From an uncultured Collinsella sp. (GTDB taxonomy: Bacteria > Actinomycetota > Coriobacteriia > Coriobacteriales > Coriobacteriaceae): a stretch of DNA of 64,000 nt. Positions 48,585 through 57,323 of the stretch are shown here, in pieces (positions within the stretch are counted from its first letter, which is position 1; each line of letters begins with the position of its first letter). Location: assembly GCA_900541715.1 (NCBI GenBank), contig UQLI01000001.1:92321-156320 (forward strand). Direction: 5' to 3'. The notes under the pieces are model-generated. The model was not told where the DNA came from, ran no database searches, and saw only the letters and a program-made list of their open reading frames with translations. Both the position numbers and the translations under genes were made by a program.

Positions 48585-49322
48585 ATGGATAACTATTTGG
48601 ACTTGATGCGCGCTCGCCGCGAGCAGATTCTGGAACGTTTTTATGCGGCGCTCGATCGCGCGGGCCGTCCCCACGACGCCGCGAGCCTCATTGCCGTGTC
48701 CAAGACCGTTGGTGTCGATGAGACCGTTGCCGCCATCCAGGCGGGGTATCGCCATTTTGCCGAGAACCGCCCGCAGGAGCTGGTTCGCAAGCTCACGGGT
48801 CTGGCGGAGCATCCGGAGCTGTCCGAGGTGCGCTTCGATATGATCGGCAACCTGCAGACCAATAAGATCAATGCGGTGCTGGGCTCAGCCGAGCTGATTC
48901 ACTCGGTGGGTTCGCTGCATCTGGCGCAGGCGATCTCGAGCCGTGCTGTTCGCAAGATTGAGGCAGGCGAGCTCGTCGGCCCCCAGCGTGTGCTCATTGA
49001 GGTCAATGTGAGTGGTGAGGAGTCGAAGGGAGGCTTTTCACCCGATGAGATTCGCGCCGCCGCGGGTGAGCTTGCAGAACTTGAGGGAATTTGCGTACAG
49101 GGGCTTATGACTATGGCGCCCCGGGGGAATAAGGATGTGGCACGCCGCACCTTTGCGGGGCTTCGTGAGCTGAGGGATGAGCTGGAGGCGGCGCATCCCG
49201 ATTTGAACCTGCCTGAGCTTTCCTGCGGTATGAGCGAGGACTTTGAGTCTGCCCTTGAGGAGGGCTCTACGCTCGTTCGCCTGGGCAGGGTAGTATTTAG
49301 CCCGGAGTTTGCAGTAAAATAA
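48585..49322 (+). CDS. yggS: YggS-family PLP homeostasis protein
   Basis: About 245 aa from MDNYLDLM (GGAGG RBS). PLP-lysine motif LIAVSKTV, plus HMIGNLQTNK-like and LSCGMSEDF motifs. Confidence 0.9.
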   Translation: MDNYLDLMRARREQILERFYAALDRAGRPHDAASLIAVSKTVGVDETVAAIQAGYRHFAENRPQELVRKLTGLAEHPELSEVRFDMIGNLQTNKINAVLGSAELIHSVGSLHLAQAISSRAVRKIEAGELVGPQRVLIEVNVSGEESKGGFSPDEIRAAAGELAELEGICVQGLMTMAPRGNKDVARRTFAGLRELRDELEAAHPDLNLPELSCGMSEDFESALEEGSTLVRLGRVVFSPEFAVK

Positions 49323-49382
49323 GGCTCTGAAGTGCGCACTGATTATCGGGGCGCCTGCACTAAACCGCGAGAGGACACAACC

Positions 49383-50105
49383 ATGGGCTTCCTTGACGAG
49401 ATTAAAAATAAGATGCACCTGGGCGGCCAGCAGGGTTACGACCAGGGTTATGGCCAGGACGACGACTACGGCTACGATGACGGCTACGACGATGGCTATC
49501 AGAACAACGGCTACAGTGGTGCTTCGGGCGAGGGCTTCTACACCCAAGACGAGCCGAGCAACGGCCTGCTTGGCCAGACGCGCCGCGGTGAAGCTGAGTC
49601 GGTTGCCGTGTATACGCGCTCCGGTCAGCTGGTCGGCGATGACTCCCGCCATGCCACGACGTATAACCCGCCTTCGCGCTCGCAGGACAGTGTTGCGAGC
49701 GGTTATCGTCCTGGTGCCTATGACACGCCGTCGAGCTACGCCGAGAATACCCGCGCCCGTGCCGCCGCTGCACCCGCGCCTGCACCGAGCGATGCCTCGG
49801 CCTATGCGAGCAATATCATCAACGCCACGCCGCAGCTGCCGGCCTATGTCCTGCGCCCCGAGAGCTATGACGACGTGGAGACTGTGGTGCGCCGCGTTCG
49901 CACCAAGCAGCCTGTCGCACTGATTTTTGTGGGCGTACGCACCGAAGTTGCCAAGCGCGTCTTGGACTTCTCTTACGGCTTTGCCTGCGGTCTGGGTGCC
50001 ACGGTCAAGGAGGTGGGCGACCGCGTGTTCATGGTGCTCCCCGCCGGTTGCGAGGTCAAAGATTCCGATCTCAAGAAGCTTCGTGCCGACGGCTACCTTA
50101 AGTAA
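49383..50105 (+). CDS. sepF: Cell division protein SepF
   Basis: N-terminal amphipathic helix MGFLDEIKNKM, a long Y/D/G-rich linker, and a C-terminal FtsZ-binding domain (ESYDDVETVVRRVRTKQPVALIF...FMVLP). Confidence 0.85.
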   Translation: MGFLDEIKNKMHLGGQQGYDQGYGQDDDYGYDDGYDDGYQNNGYSGASGEGFYTQDEPSNGLLGQTRRGEAESVAVYTRSGQLVGDDSRHATTYNPPSRSQDSVASGYRPGAYDTPSSYAENTRARAAAAPAPAPSDASAYASNIINATPQLPAYVLRPESYDDVETVVRRVRTKQPVALIFVGVRTEVAKRVLDFSYGFACGLGATVKEVGDRVFMVLPAGCEVKDSDLKKLRADGYLK

Positions 50106-50120
50106 AGACAAGACGAGGAG

Positions 50121-50408
50121 ATTCCCATCAACATCTACACTATCGTCCAGCTGGTCAACACGCTGTTCAACTTCTATTCCACGCTCATTGTCGTCTACTG
50201 CTTTATGACGTGGATTCCCATGAAGCAGGGTGGTTTGCTTCAGGATATTGCTGCGGTGCTTGATAGCGTGTGCGGTCCGTGGCTCAACCTGTTCCGTCGT
50301 TTCATCCCGCCCATGGGCGGTATCGATTTTTCGCCGGTCGTTGCGATTATTGCGTTGCAGTTGGTGCAGAGGCTGGTTCTGCAGCTTCTTATAGGTATAC
50401 TCGTGTAG
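50121..50408 (+). CDS. yggT: YggT-family membrane protein; the start codon is probably non-canonical
   Basis: The ATG model (50205-50408, 67 aa) lacks the first TM helix. The 28 in-frame codons upstream encode IPINIYTIVQLVNTLFNFYSTLIVVYCF with no ATG, GTG or TTG. GAGGAG lies at 50115-50120, and ATT 50121 and ATC 50127 are candidate starts. Confidence 0.65.
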   Translation: MPINIYTIVQLVNTLFNFYSTLIVVYCFMTWIPMKQGGLLQDIAAVLDSVCGPWLNLFRRFIPPMGGIDFSPVVAIIALQLVQRLVLQLLIGILV

Positions 50409-50469
50409 AACTGTCTTAGTAACTTACGTCGGGCGTGTAGCGCCGAGGCGATGAAAAAGGAGACTTGTT

Positions 50470-51144
50470 ATGGCTATTACCCCTGCAGACATCCAGGCTC
50501 AGACTTTCTCTGAGGCCAAGCGTGGCTACGATCCTGCCGAGGTCGACGTCTTCTTGGAGACGCTGTCCTCCGAGGTTGACGCTATGCTCGCTAAGATCGT
50601 CGACCTTAAGGGTCGTCTGACTGCTACCGAGCAGCAGCTTGCCGATGCGCAGGCTCAGCTTGCCCAGGCTCAGGATGCCACCGCCCAGGCCGTTCCTGCC
50701 GCCCCCGTGGCTGTTCCCGCCCCTGACTTCTCCGCTCAGGAGCGCCAGATTTCCGCTGCCCTGATCGCTGCCCAGCAGACCGCTGAGACCATCGTCAACG
50801 ATGCCAACGAGAACGCTGAGCGTATCCGCAACGAGGCTGACGCCAAGGCCCGCGAGGTTATCCGCCAGGCTCTGACCGAGAAGCAGGCCGAGCTCGAGGA
50901 GATCGATCGTCTCAAGGCTTCCCGTGAGGAGTTCAAGGCAGAGTATCTCAAGCTCATCCAGCACTTCATGGACGATGCCCAGAATTCCTTCCCGGCCGAT
51001 CTGATGGCTTCCACGCCGGTCGGTTCTGCCGCTTCTCCTGCAGTGACTGTTCCCGCCGAGCCGCTGCCCGTCGCTGACCCGGTTGTCCCCGTGGCCGATC
51101 CCTTCGCCCCGATCGACAACTTTGCTGCCGACGACCTGGACTAA
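50470..51144 (+). CDS. divIVA: DivIVA-family protein
   Basis: 224 aa. MAITPADIQAQTFSEAKRGYDPAEVDVFLE N-terminus followed by coiled coil. AAAGGAG RBS. Confidence 0.88.
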   Translation: MAITPADIQAQTFSEAKRGYDPAEVDVFLETLSSEVDAMLAKIVDLKGRLTATEQQLADAQAQLAQAQDATAQAVPAAPVAVPAPDFSAQERQISAALIAAQQTAETIVNDANENAERIRNEADAKAREVIRQALTEKQAELEEIDRLKASREEFKAEYLKLIQHFMDDAQNSFPADLMASTPVGSAASPAVTVPAEPLPVADPVVPVADPFAPIDNFAADDLD

Positions 51145-51170
51145 CATTCGGCCTACAATTTAGTGCCTAG

Positions 51171-51200
51171 AAAGGACCCGCAGCTTGCGGGTCCTTTTTT
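51171..51200 (+). terminator. Intrinsic terminator of divIVA
   Basis: aaaggacccgc-agctt-gcgggtccttt followed by a T-run. Confidence 0.8.
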
Positions 51201-51310
51201 ATGACTGTGCAGGGGCGCGCAACATAAAAAACCGAGCCCTGCACATAATGGCGCAGAACTCGGCGAACGGGTGAGCGGTCAAGGGTAGGTTTTAAGGCAT
51301 GTCCCAAAAC

Positions 51311-51841
51311 CTACTTGAGGAGGAAGTCGGAGAGGGGAATGGTACGGGCCTCGCGATGCTCGGGATCGGCGATGTGGTCGGCAGGATATCCACAGACGAG
51401 CATGTGATAGGGATAGACGCCCTTGGGCAGATTGAACTGCTCCTGTGCCACCCCAGGCTTAAAATGGCATACCCAGCACGTTCCCAGGCCCTGCTCGGTG
51501 GCCTCCATCATCATCTGATCACACACGATGGACGTATCGATTTCACTGGAATTCATCTGATCATACGGGCGCACCCAAGCATCATCGGTAACGCTGCAAA
51601 TAAGGAAGACAAGCGGAGCGCCAAAGATAGACTCATCACGAGCAAACCGAGGCTGACAAGCAGCTGCCTTCTCCAGAAGCTCAGGCGTATCCAACACCAT
51701 CACACGGGTTGGATGATTATTACAAGCAGAAGGAGCAATACGCCCAGCCTCAACAATGGCATCCACCACAGCCTGCTCCACAGCCCGATCTTCAAACTCA
51801 CGACAAGAATACCGACCCCGAGCCAGATCCAAATAAGACAT
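51311..51841 (-). CDS. Nitroreductase family protein
   Basis: About 176 aa from MSYLDLARGRYSCREF (GGAGGG RBS). RIAPSACNNHP motif. Confidence 0.85.
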   Translation of the reverse strand: MSYLDLARGRYSCREFEDRAVEQAVVDAIVEAGRIAPSACNNHPTRVMVLDTPELLEKAAACQPRFARDESIFGAPLVFLICSVTDDAWVRPYDQMNSSEIDTSIVCDQMMMEATEQGLGTCWVCHFKPGVAQEQFNLPKGVYPYHMLVCGYPADHIADPEHREARTIPLSDFLLK

Positions 51842-52012
51842 ACAAGCCCTCCAACAATTAAAAATCAAACAAACCCAAAGTAACCCAAACAGTACCCAAA
51901 GCAGCAATCAGCCAATCGCTCATCGAATACCAAAGTAAAACCCCGAGCAATCAAGGGCCATCACAGCAAAGGCCCCACCACGCTCAATCCCTCAGCCAAA
52001 GTTCCCAATGGT

Positions 52013-52121
52013 GGTACGTAAGGGAGCGGGCCCGACCACTAATACCTTTTGAACGACTCTGCTTGCAGCCGGAGTGAAAAAGGTATTAGTGGTCGGGCCC
52101 GCGACCGGTGGGATACGTACC
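52013..52121 (-). terminator. Long hairpin after the DUF47 gene (U-tract-less terminator candidate)
   Basis: Perfect 25-bp stem (52026-52050 / 52077-52101) extended by ggtacgta / tacgtacc. It begins about 6 nt past the DUF47 stop on the minus strand. Confidence 0.5.
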
Positions 52122-52126
52122 CCCAA

Positions 52127-52750
52127 TTAACTGTTCTTCATGACAATCGAATCCACGACATCGGCCACATTCTCGCAGCAGTCAGCGCAGTACTCCAGGA
52201 AGGCGTACACGTCACGCCAGGCGATGACCTCGAGCGGGTCCTTGCCGTTAACGTGCAGGTTGCGCATGGCGTTGATATAGAGCTCGTCGGCTTCGGACTC
52301 GATGGTGTTGATCTGGATGACGAGTTCGCGCAGGGTCTTGGACTTGCGGTAGTTGGGCAGCTCGACCATCAGGTCTTTCATGGCGCGGCAGGCGTCAGTC
52401 ACCTTGTGGGCGATGACGATGGCGTCGGGATGGATGCTCTGGATGTTGGTGAAGTAGACGCGCTGCACGACGCCCTCGATGCGGTCGAGCACGGTGTCGA
52501 GCGCGCAGCTCATCAGGTCCAGGTCCTCGCGCTCGAGCGGGGTGATAAAGGCGGTGAGCAGGGCGTCTTCGAGCTCGTGGTGCTTCTTGTCTGCCGCATG
52601 CTCAATCGCATGCATCTTATTGAGCATGTCGTGAATCTGCGCGGGATCGAAGTTCTCGAAAATCTTGGTGAGCAGCTCTGCGGCCTGGACGGCGAGGTCG
52701 GCGCAGGCAACGTAGTTGTCAAAGTAGAACGAATCGGGTTTCTTTGCCAT
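52127..52750 (-). CDS. DUF47/TIGR00153 (PhoU-like) Pit accessory protein
   Basis: 207 aa, helical. FYFDNYVACADLAVQAA...HAIEHAADKKHHEL is typical of DUF47. It lies immediately downstream of pit. Confidence 0.83.
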   Translation of the reverse strand: MAKKPDSFYFDNYVACADLAVQAAELLTKIFENFDPAQIHDMLNKMHAIEHAADKKHHELEDALLTAFITPLEREDLDLMSCALDTVLDRIEGVVQRVYFTNIQSIHPDAIVIAHKVTDACRAMKDLMVELPNYRKSKTLRELVIQINTIESEADELYINAMRNLHVNGKDPLEVIAWRDVYAFLEYCADCCENVADVVDSIVMKNS

Positions 52751-52817
52751 GGGTGGGTCCTTTCGAGGCGAAGACGGGTGGGCGAAGTGTTGCGGTCCGG
52801 ATGGACGTTCGGTTTGA

Positions 52818-53867
52818 TTAGAGGAACATCATGAACAGCTTGGCCATGACAAAGCTGATGAGTCCGCAGGCGGGGAAGGTGAAGAACCAGGTGAACATCA
52901 TGTCCTTGACCACGCCGAAGTTGATGGCCGAAAGGCGCTTGACGGCGCCGACGCCCATGATGGCGCAGGTTTTGATGTGCGTGGAGGACACGGGGATGCC
53001 GGTAAGGGTGGCAAGCAGCAAGTTCGCGGCGCCTGCGAGGTCGGCAGAGAAGCCCTGATACTTCTCGAGCTTGACCATGCTCTGGCCGACGGACTTGATG
53101 ATGCGCTCGCCGCCCACGCTGGTGCCGATACCCATAGTGGCCGAGCACAGCAGCATAATCCAGATGGGGATGCCTGCATCGCCGACGCTCGTCTGGCCGC
53201 TGGCAAAGGCCACGCCTAAAAAGAGCACGCCGATGAACTTCTGTCCATCCTGCGCGCCGTGCATAAAGCTCATGGCCGCAGCGCTCGCGATCTGAGCGTA
53301 TTTAAAGAAGACATTGGCACGTCGCCTGTTGGCGGCGGCGAAAAGAATCGAGACGAGCTTGCACAGGACCCAGCCCATGACAAAGCCCAGGCCGATGGAG
53401 AGCGCCAGGCCGTAGATGACCTTCATCCACTCGTGGACGTTGACGCTGCTCGCACCGCCGAGGGCGATGGCGGCACCGGTCAGGCCGGCGATAAGGCTGT
53501 GGCTTTGCGAGGTGGGGATGCCAAAACGCGACGCTGTGGCGCCGTAGACGACGATGGAGAACAGCGCCGCGCATAGGCAGGCGAGCGCCATGGTGCTGTT
53601 TCCGCCAAAGTCGACGATATGTGAGATGGTGTTGGCGACGCTCGCGTTAAAGTGCGTCATGATGAGCACGCCGAGGAAGTTGAATGCGGCGCTCATGAGA
53701 ATGGCGGCGCGGGCGGGCATGCAACGCGTAGTGACGCAGGTCGCGATGGCGTTGGGCGCGTCGGTCCATCCATTGACGAAGATGGCGCCCAACGCGAGGA
53801 TCACGGTGACGGCAAGGACTGGGTTCGACACAATTTGGCCGAGGAAGGTTGAGAACGTTACGTCCAT
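52818..53867 (-). CDS. pit: Inorganic phosphate transporter, PiT family
   Basis: 349 aa. Duplicated PHO4 signatures (NGWTDAPNAIAT; HGAQDGQKF). Confidence 0.92.
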   Translation of the reverse strand: MDVTFSTFLGQIVSNPVLAVTVILALGAIFVNGWTDAPNAIATCVTTRCMPARAAILMSAAFNFLGVLIMTHFNASVANTISHIVDFGGNSTMALACLCAALFSIVVYGATASRFGIPTSQSHSLIAGLTGAAIALGGASSVNVHEWMKVIYGLALSIGLGFVMGWVLCKLVSILFAAANRRRANVFFKYAQIASAAAMSFMHGAQDGQKFIGVLFLGVAFASGQTSVGDAGIPIWIMLLCSATMGIGTSVGGERIIKSVGQSMVKLEKYQGFSADLAGAANLLLATLTGIPVSSTHIKTCAIMGVGAVKRLSAINFGVVKDMMFTWFFTFPACGLISFVMAKLFMMFL

Positions 53868-53937
53868 ATATGGGCTTTCTCGAAGTTTGCAGACACGTTA
53901 CAAAAACATGATAAATCGTATCACCTCCTGCGGGTCT

Positions 53938-53955
53938 CTTTACCGAGTTCTGATG
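53938..53955 (+). promoter_or_regulatory. Candidate PHO-box-like direct repeat upstream of pit
   Basis: CTTTACC-gagt-TCTGATG, two 7-mers 11 bp apart, about 75 bp upstream of the pit start. It shares TCTCTTTAC with the 43103 site. Confidence 0.3.
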
Positions 53956-54117
53956 GGAGAAGTGGACTTTTTGGCACTAAAATTGAATATTAGCCCTGTT
54001 GACCGCGGGTGTTCTTTTTGCTAACACGCCATGCGGACACGTGCGATTACTACGACACTCCAAAACCACAGTCTGTTCGCTTTACAACATACAAACATGC
54101 GTTCGATAATAGGAGGC

Positions 54118-54456
54118 ATGGAATATCGACAGACAGACGGCAAAACTCGGCGCGTGCACAAGCAGTATGTGGACGTCGTGGCCCGCATCCTCGCGGGCGG
54201 ACAGGTCGTGCCGGTCACCGTCTGCTGGGTCGACGGCCGTTGTTTTACGATCGACGAAATTATCTCGACCACCGGGTTTGGCCTGATGGTCTACGGCATC
54301 CGTACGGCAACATATAAGGTGCGTTTTGGCGGGCATGCGACCGAGTTGTATCTGGAGGACCAGACGCGCGAGCGGGCGGACGGCTCGCAGGCGCACGTGA
54401 TGCGTTGGTGGGTCTGGGCCTTTGATCGTACGCCCGAGGGCGAGCGCCGTAGGTAA
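54118..54456 (+). CDS. Hypothetical small protein (about 112 aa)
   Basis: AGGAGG lies immediately upstream of the ATG at 54118 (spacing is very short; ATG 54097 is an alternative). I recognise no motif. It looks beta-rich and Trp/Arg-rich. Confidence 0.45.
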   Translation: MEYRQTDGKTRRVHKQYVDVVARILAGGQVVPVTVCWVDGRCFTIDEIISTTGFGLMVYGIRTATYKVRFGGHATELYLEDQTRERADGSQAHVMRWWVWAFDRTPEGERRR

Positions 54457-54539
54457 GGACGTACGGCATTCGGGTACAATGACAGGAATCTTGTCACCTG
54501 CTGTGCCGTCTTTCACGGCACTTTTTGAAAGGACGAAGT

Positions 54540-55235
54540 ATGAACGATATCCAGGGCTATCAGAACGGCCCCGTCGAGAGCGGCGCAAGCCGCGCCAAGG
54601 AGATGTCGCCGCGCGCGTACAATCTCGCCATGTCTGCCCTGATCTTCTTGGGCTTTTGCGCCATGGGCGCCGGCGCCTACTTTACGAGCACCATGTCGTT
54701 TGCGCGCATGATGATGAGCGGCGCCGCTTTGCCGCTGGTCTTTGGCTCATTTATTTTGACTATTGTCGGCATCGTCATGATGTCGGCTGCTGCCAGCAAA
54801 CAGTCCGTGGGCCTGTCGCTCATGGGTTACGTGATCTTTGCGAGCACCTTTGGCCTGACCGCGTCGTTTGGCCTTGCCAACTATGACCTGCCCACCATCA
54901 ACACTGCCTTTATCGCCACGGCCGCCATCACCTTTGTCTTTGGCGCCTTGGGCGTGACGTTCCCCAAGTTTTTCCAGCGCGTATATGGCATCGGTTTTGG
55001 CATTCTGCTCGCCACTATTCTGGTTGAGATCGTGCTGATGTTCATGGGTGTCTCGCAGACCATCACCGATCTGATCGTAATCGTGGTGTTCGCCGGCTTT
55101 ATTGGCTACGACACCTATGTTGCCACGACGGTGCCGCCTACGCTGCCCAACGCCGTGCTCATGGCGTCCAATCTGTTCGTGGACATTATCAACGTGTTCC
55201 TGCGCATCCTGAACATCCTTGGCCGTCGCGACTAG
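54540..55235 (+). CDS. Bax inhibitor-1/YccA family membrane protein
   Basis: About 231 aa with 7 predicted TM helices. The C-terminal signature GYDTYVA...NLFVDIINVFLRILNIL is typical of the BI-1 family. Confidence 0.85.
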   Translation: MNDIQGYQNGPVESGASRAKEMSPRAYNLAMSALIFLGFCAMGAGAYFTSTMSFARMMMSGAALPLVFGSFILTIVGIVMMSAAASKQSVGLSLMGYVIFASTFGLTASFGLANYDLPTINTAFIATAAITFVFGALGVTFPKFFQRVYGIGFGILLATILVEIVLMFMGVSQTITDLIVIVVFAGFIGYDTYVATTVPPTLPNAVLMASNLFVDIINVFLRILNILGRRD

Positions 55236-55372
55236 TGGCGAATTGCGGCGGTGCTTGCCGTGCGTGTAAATCGATGCGAAAGGCGGTCCTTCGGGGCCGT
55301 CTTTTTTGTGCTCGGCGGGGTATCATGGATGGGAAAAGCCGATAGCGGCAGCGACAGGAAAGGTGACCACTT

Positions 55373-56524
55373 ATGGCAGACGTCGACAACAGGAACCGTA
55401 ACCGCAGGTCCAACCGAGCGGGTCAGCCCAATCCCAAGCGCGAGGCCCGTGCCAAGGCCGCCGAGCGTCACGTGGCAACTGTGTCCGAAGCGTGCGCCAA
55501 GGATATCGAGCGTTCGCTTGCCGGCGTGTGCGAGTTCGATGGTATGCCTGCCGGTTTTGTCGCGGCGATGAAGGCCAAGGTTCAGACTGCTGTGGCCACT
55601 GAAGAACAGGTTGCCGAGGACGTCGAGGGCGCGGAGGCTGCCGAGACCGAGGCGGCACCCGAGAGCGAGGCAGCGCCCGAGACCGAGGCAGCTCCTGAGC
55701 CCGTCGAGGAGCCTGCCGAGGAAATCGCCGAAGCTGAGTCCGCGCCTGCTGAGGAGCCTGCTGCGTCCCTGCCTGAGGTCACCGTGCTCGATGCCTCCGC
55801 CACGCAGGCCATCTTGGACAACGGTCGTGGCTATGCGCAGTTCTGCGACATGGCCGTGCTCGCCTTTGCCTCGTTCACCAATCCGGGCGGTGGCTATATT
55901 CAGGGTTATCTGGGCCAGGAGGCCACGCTGTGCGCCGATTCGTATCTGTACAACGTTCTCGATAAGCAGCGCAAATGGTACGGCGAGAACCGTCGCCGCA
56001 ACATCAACTGCGAGCTTTACCGAAACCGTGCGCTGGTGGTGCCTGCGGTGCGCTTCGACCGCAACCACGTGCATGCATACGCCGACGTGATCGTGGCCGC
56101 CGCGCCCAACGTTAAGCGCGCCCGCCAGGAGTATCGCGTGAGCGACGATGCTCTGCTGGATGCCCTGCGCGACCGCATTCGCTTTGTGCTTGCCATCTGC
56201 GACGAGCTAGGTCGCGAGAAGCTCGTGCTGGGCGCTTGGGGCTGCGACAACAACGGCTTTGACGCGGAGGCCGTGGCTGAGCTCTTCCGCAAGGAGCTCG
56301 CGTCGGGCGACTTTAAGGTCAAGCAAGTCTTCTTTGCCGTGCCTTCTACGCGCTGGGATGAGGATTTTGCCAAGTTCGAGCACGTGCTGGCAAACTTCCC
56401 CGAGCGCAACGAGGAGTCCTATGCCCAGGTTGCCGCTCGCGCTGCGGCAGCTCGCGCCGCCGAGCAGGCCCAGGCTGCTACCGAGGATGATGAGGACGAG
56501 GACGATTGGCGCAAGTACCTGTAA
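55373..56524 (+). CDS. TIGR02452/DUF2263 (microbial PARG-like macrodomain) protein with a disordered N-terminal extension
   Basis: 383 aa. FASFTNPGGGYIQGYLGQEATLCADSYLY and LVLGAWGCDNNGFD match the family signature blocks. The N-terminal 130 aa or so are low complexity, with 3 x (T/S)EAAPE. Confidence 0.72.
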   Translation: MADVDNRNRNRRSNRAGQPNPKREARAKAAERHVATVSEACAKDIERSLAGVCEFDGMPAGFVAAMKAKVQTAVATEEQVAEDVEGAEAAETEAAPESEAAPETEAAPEPVEEPAEEIAEAESAPAEEPAASLPEVTVLDASATQAILDNGRGYAQFCDMAVLAFASFTNPGGGYIQGYLGQEATLCADSYLYNVLDKQRKWYGENRRRNINCELYRNRALVVPAVRFDRNHVHAYADVIVAAAPNVKRARQEYRVSDDALLDALRDRIRFVLAICDELGREKLVLGAWGCDNNGFDAEAVAELFRKELASGDFKVKQVFFAVPSTRWDEDFAKFEHVLANFPERNEESYAQVAARAAAARAAEQAQAATEDDEDEDDWRKYL

Positions 56525-56549
56525 TCGGTACGTGCTGACAGATAGGTCG

Positions 56550-56584
56550 AGCCGACGGGAGAGGCTGCTTCCGTCGGCTTTTTA
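56550..56584 (+). terminator. Intrinsic terminator
   Basis: gccgacgg...ccgtcggc hairpin followed by ttttt. Confidence 0.75.
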
Positions 56585-56602
56585 CTGAGCGAGGGGCTTA
56601 CG

Positions 56603-57262
56603 ATGAAAAACGTTCTATGCTTTGGCGATAGCAACACCTATGGTTACGATCCGGCGGGCATGCGCGACGGCACCGCGGTGCGCTATGCGCGGGATGTGCG
56701 CTGGTGTGGCGTGGCCCAACGTGACTTAGGCGAGGGCTGGCATGTAATTGAAGAAGGCCTCAACGGCCGCACGACGGTACGCGACGACATGTGCCATTTG
56801 GACACCAATCTTAACGGCATCCGCGCGCTGCCGATGCTGCTCGAGGCTCATAAGCCGCTGGATGCGATCGTTATTATGCTGGGAACTAACGATTGCAAGA
56901 CGGTCTTTGGTGTGACGGCCTCCGATATTGCCCGTGGCGCCATGGCGCTGATTCGTGCGGTGCGTGCATTTCCCTGGACCAATGCCGCACCCTGCCCGCG
57001 TATTCTGCTGATGGCACCTATCAAGATCAAGCCGCAAATCGCCGATGTATATATGACCGATTTTGACGAGCGTTCCGTCGAGGTCTCGGAGCATTTTGGT
57101 GAGTATTACGCACATGTGGCTGAGCAGTTTGGCTGCGACTTTTTGAATGCCGCCGACTTTGCCGAGCCGGGCGATATCGACTATCTGCATATGATGCCCG
57201 AAAGCCATGAGAGCCTGGGTCACGCCGTGGCGGCCAAGCTCCAAGAGATGCTCGGAGAGTAG
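56603..57262 (+). CDS. SGNH/GDSL-family hydrolase
   Basis: 219 aa. Block I LCFGDSNTYG, plus GTND and DYLHM (the DxxH block). Confidence 0.85.
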   Translation: MKNVLCFGDSNTYGYDPAGMRDGTAVRYARDVRWCGVAQRDLGEGWHVIEEGLNGRTTVRDDMCHLDTNLNGIRALPMLLEAHKPLDAIVIMLGTNDCKTVFGVTASDIARGAMALIRAVRAFPWTNAAPCPRILLMAPIKIKPQIADVYMTDFDERSVEVSEHFGEYYAHVAEQFGCDFLNAADFAEPGDIDYLHMMPESHESLGHAVAAKLQEMLGE

Positions 57263-57269
57263 CGCGACC

Positions 57270-57313
57270 CCAAGCCACCGCAAAGGGGACGGGCGCCTTT
57301 GCGGTGGCTTTGG
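57270..57313. terminator. Bidirectional terminator hairpin between convergent genes
   Basis: About a 15-17-bp stem: ccaagccaccgcaaagg pairs with cctttgcggtggctttgg, between the SGNH hydrolase (+) and thiD (-). Confidence 0.68.
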
Positions 57314-57323
57314 ACTGCGAATC

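Noticed and set aside
50205-50408. ATG-initiated 67-aa model for yggT
   Set aside because: It would remove the first transmembrane helix, which is clearly encoded in frame upstream. A non-canonical start near 50121-50133 is preferred, though unproven.
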